From: an uncultured beta proteobacterium
Lineage (GTDB): Bacteria; Pseudomonadota; Gammaproteobacteria; Burkholderiales; Casimicrobiaceae
Reading direction: 5' to 3'
Assembly (NCBI GenBank): GCA_963783525.1
Contig: CAWAOF010000033.1
Location: 309,624 to 373,623, forward strand
DNA: 64,000 bases
The position numbers and the translations under genes were made by a program. Below, piece by piece: positions 18,859 through 28,569 of the stretch (the first letter of the stretch is position 1; every line of letters begins with the position of its first letter). Under the pieces are notes generated by a model. It worked only from the letters and a program-made list of their open reading frames with translations. It made no database searches and was not told the origin of the DNA.

Positions 18859-19149
18859 GCGCCGCCGGGCCGCCCCAAGGCGCGAATTGCGCCCCCTCGG
18901 GGGGCAGCGCAGCGGCCGAATTGACCAATGAGGCCGCAAGCGTGGGGGCCGTCATCAGCGCCGCCGGGCCGCCCCAAGGCGCGAATCGCGCCCCCTCGGG
19001 GGGCAGCGCAGCGGCCGAGTTGACCGATGAGGCCGCAAGCGTGGGGGCCGTCAGCAGCGCCGCCGGGCCGCCCCAAGGCGCGAACTGCGCCCCCTCGGGG
19101 GGCAGCGCAGCGGCCGAGTTGACCAATGAGGCCGCAAGCGTGGGGGCAC
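18859..19149. repeat. Three tandem copies (99 + 99 + 93 bp) of a hairpin-rich repeat occupying the hoxH-hoxW intercistronic gap
   Basis: Units start at 18859, 18958 and 19057, each beginning gcgccgccgggccgccccaaggcgcgaa. Each contains the GGCGCG-loop-CGCGCC hairpin, CCCCCtcGGGGG, and CGGCC-n15-GGCCG. Copies differ at about 5 positions, with the hairpin stems conserved. Confidence 0.9.
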
Positions 19150-19666
19150 ATGCGCGCGGGCGCCAGCGCCGTCGCTGATCATCGCGGTCGGCAATCGCAG
19201 CCGCGGCGACGACGCGATCGGTCCGCTGCTCCACGACCGCCTGGCCGCGCGACTGGCGCAGGAAAGTGGAGATGGGCGCGTCGAGCTGATCGAGGATTTC
19301 CAGTTGCAGGTCGAGCATGCGCTCGATCTCGCAGGACGCAGGCTCGTGCTCTTCGTCGACGCCGGCACCGGCACGGCGGCACCGTGGGCGCTGTACGAGG
19401 TCGTTGCGGCCGCACCGCTCGCGAGCCACAGCACGCATGCCATCGCGCCGGCGGCCGTGCTCGCGTGCTACCGCCAGATCACCGGCGAGAACCCGCCGCC
19501 CGCATTCGTGTTGTGCGTTCGCGGCGAGCACTTCGAGCTCGGCGAGGAATTGAGCGTGGCGGCCCGCGCGCACGCCGAGTCGGCGTGGCGAATGCTCGTT
19601 GACCTCTGCGCGGAGCCGGACGCCGGTCGCTGGCGCGCACTCGCCGTGGGACACGCGCCGGCATGA
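19150..19666 (+). CDS. hoxW: hydrogenase maturation endopeptidase (HoxW/HybD family), frameshift within the first 25 nt
   Basis: ...SLIIAVGNRSRGDDAIGPLLHDRLAARLAQESGDGRVELIEDFQLQVEHALDLAGRRLVLFVDAGTGTAAPWALYEV... has the typical GNxxxGDDGxG and later His/Asp protease residues. The ATG at 19150 (end of the last repeat unit) is out of frame by 1 nt. Confidence 0.7.
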
Positions 19667-19691
19667 CAGGCCCGGCCATCCGGCCCCCCCG

Positions 19692-21533
19692 TCAATGCAG
19701 TTCGGTGAAGATCCGCTCCGCGAGCGCGCGGCTCACGCCCGGCACCCGGGTGAGGTCGTCGACGCTTGCGGCCTGCACCCCCTTGAGACCGCCGAAATGC
19801 GCGAGCAGTGCCTGTCGCTTCTTCGCGCCGATGCCGGCGATCTCCTGCAGCGACGACGTGGTCCGTGCCTTGCCGCGGCGTGCGCGGTGACCCTGGATCG
19901 CGAATCGGTGCGCCTCGTCGCGAATCTGCTGCAGAAGGTGTAGTCCCGGGTGATCGGCGGGGAGATTCAGCACCTTGTCGCGGTCCGGGAAAACGATGTC
20001 TTCCTCGCCCGCCTTGCGCGCGGGTCCCTTGGCAATGCCGATCAACCGCGTGCCGTGCAGCCCCTGCTCGGCCAGGATCTCGGCGGCCAGCGCGACCTGA
20101 CCTTTGCCACCGTCGACGACGAGCAGATCGGGGGGCGGGAACTCGCCGGCCACGATGCGCGCGCAGCGCCGCGCGAGCGCTTCGCGCATCGCCGCGTAAT
20201 CATCGCCTGCCGCCGGCGGGCTCACGTTGAAGCGCCGGTATTCGGCGGTCTGCATCGCCAGCCGGTCGAAGATCACGCAGGACGCCACTGCGCGCTCGCC
20301 CATCGTGTGCGAGACATCGAAGCATTCGATGCGCTGCGCTTCGGGGGGCAGGCCGAGCGCCGCCTGCAACGCAGAAAGCCGGTCCTCCTGCGTGGCCTTC
20401 TGCGCGAGCTTCTGGCGGATCGCGAACTCCGCGTTCTGCGTCGCCATCGCGAGCCACACGCGACGCTCGCCGCCGGGATTACCGACGATCTGCACGCGCT
20501 GCCCGGTCTGCGCGGTCAGCACGTCGGCGAGCGCGGCCTGGTCGTCGGCACCCGGGGCGACGATCGTCGGAGGCACCGGCCGGCCCACATAGTGCTGCGC
20601 GAGGAACGCCGGGACGACCTCGGCGAGCGCGCCGGCATCGGCATGCCGCGGAAAGAAGCTGCGATCGCCGACGTGCCGGCCACCCCGGATCATCACGACG
20701 TTGACTGCGGTGAGCCCCTGCTCCGTCGCCGCGGCCACGACATCGATGTCGCCGGCGGTCGCGCTTTCGACGAATTGGCGTGACTGGAGCTGCATCAGCC
20801 GGGTGATCTTGTCGCGCAGCCGCGCCGCGCGCTCGAACGCGAGCGCCGCGCTCGCGGCTTCCATCTGGGCCTTCAACTGCGCAAGCACCTCGGTCGTCTT
20901 GCCCTGCAGAAACAGCACGGCGCTCTTCACGTCCTCGGCATAGTCCGCTTCGGTGACGAGGCCGACACAGGGGCCGCTGCAGCGCTGGATCTGGTGGAGC
21001 ATGCAAGGGCGCGAGCGGTTGGCGAACACCGTGTTCTCGCAGGTGCGCAGCTGAAACACCTTCTGCAGGAGCGCCATGCCTTCGCGCACGGCGCCGGCAC
21101 TCGGGAACGGGCCGAAGTACCGGTTCTGGCGATCGAGCTTTCCCCGATGGAAGCGCAGCTGCGGAAACGTCTCGCCGGTCAGGCAGACGTAGGGGTAGCT
21201 CTTGTCGTCCCGGAACAGGATGTTGTAGCGCGGCTCGTGGGCCTTGATCAGGTTGTTTTCCAGCAGCAGCGCCTCGCCCTCGGAGCGCGTGACCGTCGTC
21301 TCGACCCGGGCCACCTGCGCCAGCATCAGCGCGATCCGGGTCTCGTGCCCGCCCTTCTGGAAATAGCTCGCCACGCGCTTCCTGAGATCGCGCGCCTTGC
21401 CGACGTACAGCGTCTCGCCGGCCGCGTCGAACATCCGGTAGACGCCGGGCCGATGCGGCAGCGAAGCGAGCAGTTCGCGGGCGTCGAAGGGCGCCGCCGG
21501 CTCCGGCAATGCGGACTTGTCCGGCGCATCCAT
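19692..21533 (-). CDS. uvrC: excinuclease ABC subunit C
   Basis: 613 aa. N-terminal GIY-YIG ...RPGVYRMFDAAGETLYVGKARDLRKRVASYF. C-terminal HhH ...LQEIAGIGAKKRQALLAHFGGLKGVQAASVDDL. Confidence 0.95.
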   Translation of the reverse strand: MDAPDKSALPEPAAPFDARELLASLPHRPGVYRMFDAAGETLYVGKARDLRKRVASYFQKGGHETRIALMLAQVARVETTVTRSEGEALLLENNLIKAHEPRYNILFRDDKSYPYVCLTGETFPQLRFHRGKLDRQNRYFGPFPSAGAVREGMALLQKVFQLRTCENTVFANRSRPCMLHQIQRCSGPCVGLVTEADYAEDVKSAVLFLQGKTTEVLAQLKAQMEAASAALAFERAARLRDKITRLMQLQSRQFVESATAGDIDVVAAATEQGLTAVNVVMIRGGRHVGDRSFFPRHADAGALAEVVPAFLAQHYVGRPVPPTIVAPGADDQAALADVLTAQTGQRVQIVGNPGGERRVWLAMATQNAEFAIRQKLAQKATQEDRLSALQAALGLPPEAQRIECFDVSHTMGERAVASCVIFDRLAMQTAEYRRFNVSPPAAGDDYAAMREALARRCARIVAGEFPPPDLLVVDGGKGQVALAAEILAEQGLHGTRLIGIAKGPARKAGEEDIVFPDRDKVLNLPADHPGLHLLQQIRDEAHRFAIQGHRARRGKARTTSSLQEIAGIGAKKRQALLAHFGGLKGVQAASVDDLTRVPGVSRALAERIFTELH

Positions 21534-22234
21534 TCAGGCGACCCGGCGTGCGGGCGCACGGCCGAGATGGGCGGCAATGCCATCGAAGACGGCATCGAAC
21601 ATCGCCCCGGTCAGCCGCCCCGTATTGGTGTTGTAGCGGCTGCAGTGATAGCTGTCGAAGAGCGCGACCCCGCGCGCAAGGGTGTGCCGGGCGCCGTGCG
21701 CGAACGCGATCGCCGACGGCGTCGCTCCAAGCGCCCGCACTGTCGCATCATGCGCGATTCGTCCGAGGGCGAGGATGGCGCCACCTGCGGGCAGCGCAGC
21801 GAGCTCGGACGGCCAGATAGCGGTTGCACGTGCGCATTTCGGACGGCGTGGGCTTGTTCTCCGGCGGCAGGCATTTCACTGCATTGGTGACCCGGCAGCC
21901 AACGAGCACCGAGGCCGTCATCGCGCGCGCTGGCGACGGGCTGCGACGCGAAACCGTACCGGTGCAGCGTCGAATAGAGAATGATCCCCGCGTGGTCGCC
22001 AGTGAACGGCCGGCCGGTGGCGTTCGCGCCATGCATCCCCGGCGCGAGGCCGACGACGACGAGCATCGCGTCGGCGGCGCCGAACGGCGCGACCGGGCGG
22101 CAGAAATACCCGGGGTGCGCCGCGTGCACCTGGTCGAGGAACGCGGCGAGCCGCGCGCAACGCCTGCAGTCCGCATCGTAGGCGAGCGACGCGGACGCTT
22201 CTGGCAGAATGGCGGCACTTCCGCGGGGGGGCAT
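21534..22234 (-). CDS. uracil-DNA glycosylase family 4/5-like, two frameshifts
   Basis: Three minus-frame pieces: ...LAYDADCRRCARLAAFLDQVHAAHPGYFCRPVAPFGAADAMLVVVGLAPGMHGANATGRPFTGDHAGIILYSTL..., ...TNAVKCLPPENKPTPSEMRTCNRYL..., ...LFDSYHCSRYNTNTGRLT.... These are the conserved UDG family-4 blocks in order. Confidence 0.7.
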
Positions 22235-22293
22235 GGGCTGGGCGCGAATCCTAGCATGTTCCGGGTACCCTCTCGCGCCGCCTCCGACCGACG

Positions 22294-23103
22294 ATGCTGC
22301 CCATCGAGCCCAATCTCGAAGTTCGCTCGTGCCTCCCGCCGCGGACCAACGGCAACGGCCGCAAGCCGCCGCTCCTGTTCGTCCACGGCGGCTACTGCGA
22401 CGGCTGGTGCTGGGCGCCCCACTTTCTGCCCTGGTTCGCGGAGCACGGATATGCGGCGTACGCGGTTTCGCTGCGCGGCCACGGCGCGTCGCGAGGCCAC
22501 GAGACGCTGTTCATCACGGGGCTCGACGATTTCGCCGCGGACGTCGAGCACGTCATGGCGGGACTGGCGTCGGCGCCGGTGCTGATCGGGCATTCGATGG
22601 GCGCGGCGATCGTCGAGCGGCTGCTGGCGACGCGTCCGGTGCGCGCGGCGGCACTGCTGTCCCCGGTCCCGCCGGCCGGACTGCTGCCGATGGCGGCGCG
22701 GCTGGCCGCCGAGCGCCCGGACTACCTGCTTCACCTGTCGCACTTCGATCCCGCGCGGCTGTCCCGGCACGTGCTCGACACGCTGCGCCCGTACTACTTC
22801 AGCGATGACGTCGCGCCCGAGATCCTCGCCGAGGCCACCGCGCACCTCTGCGTCGAGTCGCCGCGCGTGCTGCTCGATCTCTCGCTGCGCGTGCACTGGC
22901 AGCTGCCGGAGCGCAACGTCGTTCCGCTGTTCGTCCTGGGTGCGGAAGGCGATCGCATCGCGACGCCGGACGACGTCCACGCCACCGCGCGCCACCACGG
23001 CGTCGAGGCGACGATCGTCCCGGGGCTCGCGCACATGCTGATGCTGGAACGGAAGTGGGAAATGCCGGCGCGCCCGCTCCTACGCTGGCTCGCAACGCTG
23101 TAA
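22294..23103 (+). CDS. alpha/beta-fold hydrolase
   Basis: 269 aa with oxyanion region LLFVHGGY and nucleophile elbow GHSMGA. Confidence 0.75.
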   Translation: MLPIEPNLEVRSCLPPRTNGNGRKPPLLFVHGGYCDGWCWAPHFLPWFAEHGYAAYAVSLRGHGASRGHETLFITGLDDFAADVEHVMAGLASAPVLIGHSMGAAIVERLLATRPVRAAALLSPVPPAGLLPMAARLAAERPDYLLHLSHFDPARLSRHVLDTLRPYYFSDDVAPEILAEATAHLCVESPRVLLDLSLRVHWQLPERNVVPLFVLGAEGDRIATPDDVHATARHHGVEATIVPGLAHMLMLERKWEMPARPLLRWLATL

Positions 23104-26100
23104 CGCCGCATCGACCTGCGCGCGGCCGGCGGGACCGTCCAGCACGAACCGCTCGAATTCGTCGGCTGGCAGCGGCCGGCTGACCCAGTAGCCCTGGAAG
23201 CAGTCGCAGCCGCGGGCGGCGAGGAAATCGAGCTGGACCTGCGTCCCCACGCCCTCGGCGATCACCGTGAGGCCCAGGCCGCGTGCCAGGCCGATGATCG
23301 CCTCGGTGATCGCCGCATCGCCCGGATCGGTCTCGAGATCCGCGATGAACGAGATGTCGATCTTGAGCGTGTCGATCGGGAAGTGCTTGAGGTGCGTGAG
23401 CGACGAATAGCCGGTGCCGAAGTCGTCGATGGCGACGGCGAAGCCGGCATCCCGCAGCAGATGCAGTGACTTGCGTATTGCGTCGACGTCGTGCAACAGG
23501 CTGGTCTCGGTCACCTCGAGCTCGATCCACGACGGATCGCAGCCGACGCCGCGCACGATCTGCGAGATCCGATCCGCCATGCCGTCACGATAGAACTGTC
23601 GGGCGGACAGATTGACCGACACCCTGAGCGCGAGGCCGGCGTGCCGCCACGCCGCGCACTGGGTCGCCGCGGATTTCAGCACCCAGTCGCCCAGCGCATG
23701 GATGAGACCGGATTCCTCGGCGAGCGCGATGAAGCACCTTGGGCGATATCGCCCCGTGATCGGCGTCGTTCCAGCGCAGCAGCGCCTCCGCTCCAACCAC
23801 GGCGCCATCGGCGACCTGCACGATCGGCTGGTAGTGAAGCTGCAGCACACCGTCCTTCAGCGCGACGCGCAGCGCCTGCTCCAGCGTATGCTGCCGCACG
23901 CGGTACTGGGCAAGGTCGGCGTCGAGGAACTGGTAGGTGTTGCGCCCGAGCTCCTTCGACCGGTACATCGCGACGTCGGCATGCTTCAGCAGCTCGTCGG
24001 GATCGTCGGAGTCATCGGGATAGACGCTGATGCCGATCGAAGACGTGACGTAGAGCTCGTGCTCCTCGATCCGGAACGGCTGCGATACCGCGTCGAGCAG
24101 CTTCTGCGCGATGTTTCCCAGCGTCGCCGAATCGTCGAAGTCCTCGACGATCACCATGAATTCGTCGCCGCCGAGCCGGGCGAGCAGGTCCGATTCGCGC
24201 AGCGCCGAGGCGAGCGCCCGGCTCACCGCCTTCAGCAGCTCGTCACCGATGCGGTGTCCCAGGGTATCGTTGACGTTCTTGAAGCGGTCGAGGTCGATGA
24301 ACAGCACGCCGACCCGATGTCCGGTGCGCTTCGCCTGCGCCGTCGCCTGCGCCAGGCGCTCGTGCAGCAGCAGCCGGTTCGGCAGCCCGGTCAGCGCATC
24401 GCGTGTCGCCATGTACTGCAGGCGCTCCTCGGCGCGCACCCGCGGCGAGACGTCCTGCGCAAACGAGAGGATCGAAACGATGTTGCCGTCGTCGTCGAGC
24501 AGGCACGAGTGATACCACTCGCACCAGATCGTTTCCCCGTCCTTGCGGCTGTTGCGCGTCTGCCCCATCGCCCGCGGCTCCTCGCCGCTCATCAGCCGGG
24601 CGAGCAGCCGGGCCACCTCGCCCCGCTCCGCGTCGTGCAGCAGCGGATTGCCGTCGATCGGCATCCCGAGCACCTCGTCGGCACGCCAGCCGAAGAGGTG
24701 CTCGGCCTGCGGCGACCAGCGGACCAGCCGGAAATCGCGATCCCACTCGAGCACCGCAAGCGGGGTATTGTTGATGTGCGACGACAGCATCCAGTTCGCC
24801 CGGCGCAGGGCGACCTCGTTGTGCTTCTGGTCGTGAATGTCGTTGTGCACCGCGTAGATGCCGACCACCCGGCCCTGCGCATCGTAATTGGGCGCGTAGT
24901 GAATCGATTCCCAGCGCTTCGCTCCGGTCGGTTGCGCGAGCATCTGCTCGACGGAGACGACTTCGCCACGCAGGACACGCTCCAGAATCGGCAATAGCTG
25001 GCGGAAGCGCTCCTCGCCCACGACGTCGGCAACCTTGCGGCCGGTGACGTCGTTCCGGGCGAGCCCCAGCCAATCCTCGTTGTGCCGGTTCAGGAAGCGG
25101 AAGCGGTAGTCGCGGTCGATGTACGCGACGCGTGCCGGGACGTTGTCCATGATGAGCCGCAGCTCGGATTCGGAGGCGCGCAGCGCTTCCTGCGCCTCCT
25201 TGAGGCTGTGGATGTCGTTCATCAGGATGAACGCCCCGTGCACGTCGCCCGACGCCGCCGTATCCGGGACGACCCGCAGGCTCATCCAGCGGCTCACGCC
25301 ATTCGCGCCCGGAACCATCCGGTCGAACGCCATCGCCTCGCCCTCGAGCGCACACGCGATCTTCGCCTGCATGCTCTGATAGATCTCGGACCCGACGACA
25401 TCCGGCAGCCGCAGCGCCGTCACCTTGTCCGCGGGCAGCCCGAAGTACTGCGTGAACGCGCGGTTGAAGTACCGACAGCGCTCGTCGCGATCGACATAGG
25501 CGACCGGTGCGGGCACGCCGTCCATGATCGCGCGGAGCTGGCTCTCGCGCTTCGCGAGCGCCTGCTCGGTCAGCTTGAGGTCGTGGATGTCATACTCGGT
25601 ACAGTAGAGGCCGCGCAGCTTTCCCACGCCATCGAGGTCCGGGGCGACGCGGCCGTGCACCCAGCGCTGCTCGCCGTCGGGGGTGTTGCCGAGCCGTTCG
25701 TACTCGACGTTCTCGCCGCCCAGCGCGCGCTCGAGAACCGGTCGCAGGAACGACGCGACGTCGGGCGCGAGCACTTCGAACGGCGTACGGCCGTAGATCT
25801 CGTCCTGCGGCCGGCAAACCCAGTTGGCGAATGCCTGGTTGACGAACGTGTACGTCGACGCGCGGTCGAGATACGCGATCGGTCCGGGAATGTTGTCGGC
25901 AAAGAGGCGCAGCTGCACTTCCTGCGCCTTCAATGCGTCGCGCACGGCGATGTCGTCGTCGATGTCCGTCATCACCGCGAAGACACCGCCGACATGCCCG
26001 CCGATCGCGCGATCGGGGAACAGCGTGATCCGGACCCAGCGCAGCTCGCCGGTCGCCCGACGCTCGCGCCGCTCGAACGAGACCTTCGCGCCTTCGAATG

Positions 26101-26755
26101 CGCGCTCGATGTGATCGTCCATGTCGGCGAACGTGCCGCCGGCGATCAGGTCCTGCACGCCACGGCCGAGCAGGTCGTCGGGCGCGACGCCGATCCAGTT
26201 GCCGAACGGCTTGTTCGCGAACCGGATCTTGAGGTTCCGGTCGAAGTGGACGATCGGCGAGCCGACGCTGTCGGTGACGAGCCGCAGCCGGTGTTCCCGC
26301 CAGCCGGCCTCGAGCTCCAGGCGCTTCAGCTGGTCGACGTCGGCATAGGTGACGAGAAAACCGCGGACCTCCCCGTCCGTGCCACGGTCGGGGTAGTAGT
26401 CGACGCGGATCCACAGCGACGCGCGCCCGGGAGCGGCGAGCTGCCGTTCGTAACCGGTTTGCTCGCCGGCAAGGGCGGCCTCGACGTAGGCCTCGAACAG
26501 GGCGAAGGCCTCGCTGCCGTCGACCTGGCGGACCTCGCGGCCGATCACACCGGCAAACGGCAACCCGGTCCATTCGAGGAACGCCTTGTTGACGAAGCGG
26601 TAACGCCGGCCGCAGTCGACATAGGCCAACGGCAGGCCGAGCGCATTGAGCTTCCGCTGCGAAAGCGACGGCAGATTCCCGGACTCGGCGCCCGTGCCCG
26701 GGCCGGGGTTCAGCGTGGCAAGGGCAATCCGGGTCAGCGATCGTGTCAGTGCCAT
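23080..26755 (-). CDS. multi-PAS sensor diguanylate cyclase/phosphodiesterase (PAS x4-5 - GGDEF - EAL), about 1220 aa, one frameshift near 23750
   Basis: ORF 23585..26755 contains repeated PAS blocks (...Y.NRAF..W.G...). The GGDEF domain has the active site written RLGGDEF in ...LARLGGDEFMVIV. The EAL domain (...LQLHYQPIV...) continues in ORF 23080..23850 (...ELEVTETSLL...DDFGTGYSSL...). Confidence 0.85.
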
Positions 26756-26930
26756 GCCGCTTTGGTTTCTTGTTAACGGGACAAACCAAGCAAGGATCAG
26801 GCCCGGGTGCGTCCTGGCCGCCCCGTCGGCCGGTCCGCACTATGGCCCGGGCTACCGCGCCCCACCGTCGGCGTCCTCGGGCGCCTCGTGGCGGCGGTCT
26901 TCGTCACATACCAACGCCGCGGGGCCCCCG

Positions 26931-26995
26931 GGACGGGCACCGCGGGACGGTCCCGGCGGACGGTCCCGGCGGACGGTCCCGGCCGGACGGTCGCA
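26931..26995. repeat. Tandem array of a 13-bp unit GGACGGTCCCGGC (three exact copies 26945-26983, flanked by degenerate copies)
   Basis: Read directly, in the divergent intergenic region between the GGDEF-EAL gene start (26755) and the crystallin gene start (27163). Confidence 0.85.
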
Positions 26996-27162
26996 CCGGC
27001 CTGGCGTGGCCGGCCACCGGTGAGCATCCAGCGGCCGCCGGGGTCGTCGGCCGGCCGGGCCGAAGCCACGGCGCAGGACCCGGCGCCGCATCGGCTAAAC
27101 TTGGAGGTGCGGCCAGGTCGCCCAGAAGGCCAATCCGCCGCGGCTACCGGGAGAAGCACACG

Positions 27163-28086
27163 ATGTATCGGACGTTGCGGGCGCTGCTGCTGGTCGTCGG
27201 CCTCGCCACGCCTGCCGCCGTCGTCGCCGCTGAAATCACGTTCTACGAGCACGACGCCTACCGCGGACGGTCATTTTCCTCGATCCAGACGATCCCGAAC
27301 TTTGCCGACATCGGCTTCAACGACCGGGCCTCGTCCGTGATCGTCCGCAGCGGGACCTGGCAGATCTGCTCCGACGCCTTTTTCCGCGGCCGCTGCGTGA
27401 CCCTGTCCCGCGGCGAGTACCCGACACTGCGCAGCATGGATCTCAACGACCTCGTCTCGTCGGCGCGGGACATGGAGTGGCTCGGCGGCGGAGGTGGCGG
27501 TCCCGGCGGCGGGGCCGGGGTTCCGGTCCAGTTGTTCGAGGGCCGGCAGTTCGATGGCCGCGGGGTTCCCGTCAATGGCACGATCACCAATTTCTCCGAC
27601 ATCGGCTTCAACGACCGCGCACAGTCGATGATCGTCCGCATCGGGCTCTGGGAAGCCTGCGAGAACGCCGATTTCCGCGGGACGTGCCAGACCTACGGAC
27701 CGGGGCACTACCCGGATCTTGGCGGCCTGGCCAGGCGAATCAGTTCGATCCGGCCGGTCGCCGGCGACCCTGTCCGCGGGGGCTGGGGCACCGGCTCGCG
27801 GGCGCTGCTCTACGAAGGTTCCAATCTCTCCGGACGGTCGTTCCTGATCAACACGGAGGTGGTGTCCAATCTCGCCAGCACCGGCTTCAACGATCGCGCG
27901 GCGTCGCTGCGCATCGAGGGCGGCTACTGGATCTTCTGCAGCGACGCCAATTTCGAGGGTGAATGCCTGACGTTCGGCCCGGGCGACTACCCGGCGCTGC
28001 CGTGGGGGCTCAACCACCGGATCTCGTCGGGCCGGCGGGTGCAGGGGAACTACCCGTACAACCAGCGTCCGGCCTGGCCGCGCTAG
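27163..28086 (+). CDS. secreted beta/gamma-crystallin-domain protein (three Greek-key domains)
   Basis: 307 aa with signal peptide MYRTLRALLLVVGLATPAAVVAA. Three repeats share the pattern ...FNDRASS..V..G.W..C.DA.FRG.C.T...G.YP.L..., separated by a GGGGGGPGGGAG linker. Confidence 0.75.
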   Translation: MYRTLRALLLVVGLATPAAVVAAEITFYEHDAYRGRSFSSIQTIPNFADIGFNDRASSVIVRSGTWQICSDAFFRGRCVTLSRGEYPTLRSMDLNDLVSSARDMEWLGGGGGGPGGGAGVPVQLFEGRQFDGRGVPVNGTITNFSDIGFNDRAQSMIVRIGLWEACENADFRGTCQTYGPGHYPDLGGLARRISSIRPVAGDPVRGGWGTGSRALLYEGSNLSGRSFLINTEVVSNLASTGFNDRAASLRIEGGYWIFCSDANFEGECLTFGPGDYPALPWGLNHRISSGRRVQGNYPYNQRPAWPR

Positions 28087-28087
28087 C

Positions 28088-28569
28088 GTGGCACGGATCG
28101 ACGACATCCCGGGACTGCGCCGGATCCTCACGGAATCCCGCGTCATCGCGGTGGTCGGACTTTCCGCGAACTGGTATCGCCCCAGCTATTTCGCCGCGAA
28201 GTACATGCAGGAGCACGGCTATCGCGTGATCCCGGTGAACCCGAACTACTCCGAGGTGCTCGGCGAAACGTGCTACCCGAGCGTGACCGCGATTCCCGAC
28301 CGCGTCGACATCGTCGACTGCTTTCGCCGGCCGGACGAGATGCCCGGCGCTCGCGCGCGAGGCCGTGGCCAAGGGGGCGAAGGTGCTGTGGATGCAGCTG
28401 GGAATCGACAGCGATGAGGCGACGGAGATCGCCTGCGCCGCCGGGCTCGACGTCGTGCAGAACCACTGCGTGAAGATCGAGCACGCGCGGATCATGGGCG
28501 GACTCAACTGGGCGGGCGTCAACACCGGCGTCATTTCCGGTGCCAGACCGCGGCCGCGCCCGTGGCTGA
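28088..28569 (+). CDS. CoA-binding domain protein (YccU-like), at least one frameshift near 28350; 3' end uncertain
   Basis: MARIDDIPGLRRILTESRVIAVVGLSANWYRPSYFAAKYMQEHGYRVIPVNPNYSEVLGETCYPSVTAIPDRVDIVDCFRRPDEMP continues in the next frame as AKGAKVLWMQLGIDSDEATEIACAAGLDVVQNHCVKIEHARIMGG. Confidence 0.6.

Noticed and set aside
18859-19149. Reading the 99-bp repeats as a protein-coding extension (SAAGPPQGANCAPSGGSAAAELTNEAASVGAV x3)
   Set aside because: The units begin right after the TGA stops of hoxF and hoxH and end at the downstream starts. The same element occurs in two different frame contexts. Hairpin conservation argues for an RNA/DNA element.
19666-19692. Looked for a bidirectional terminator between convergent hoxW and uvrC
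   Set aside because: Only 25 nt of GC-rich sequence, with a direct rather than inverted repeat (CGGCC...CGGCC). No convincing hairpin.
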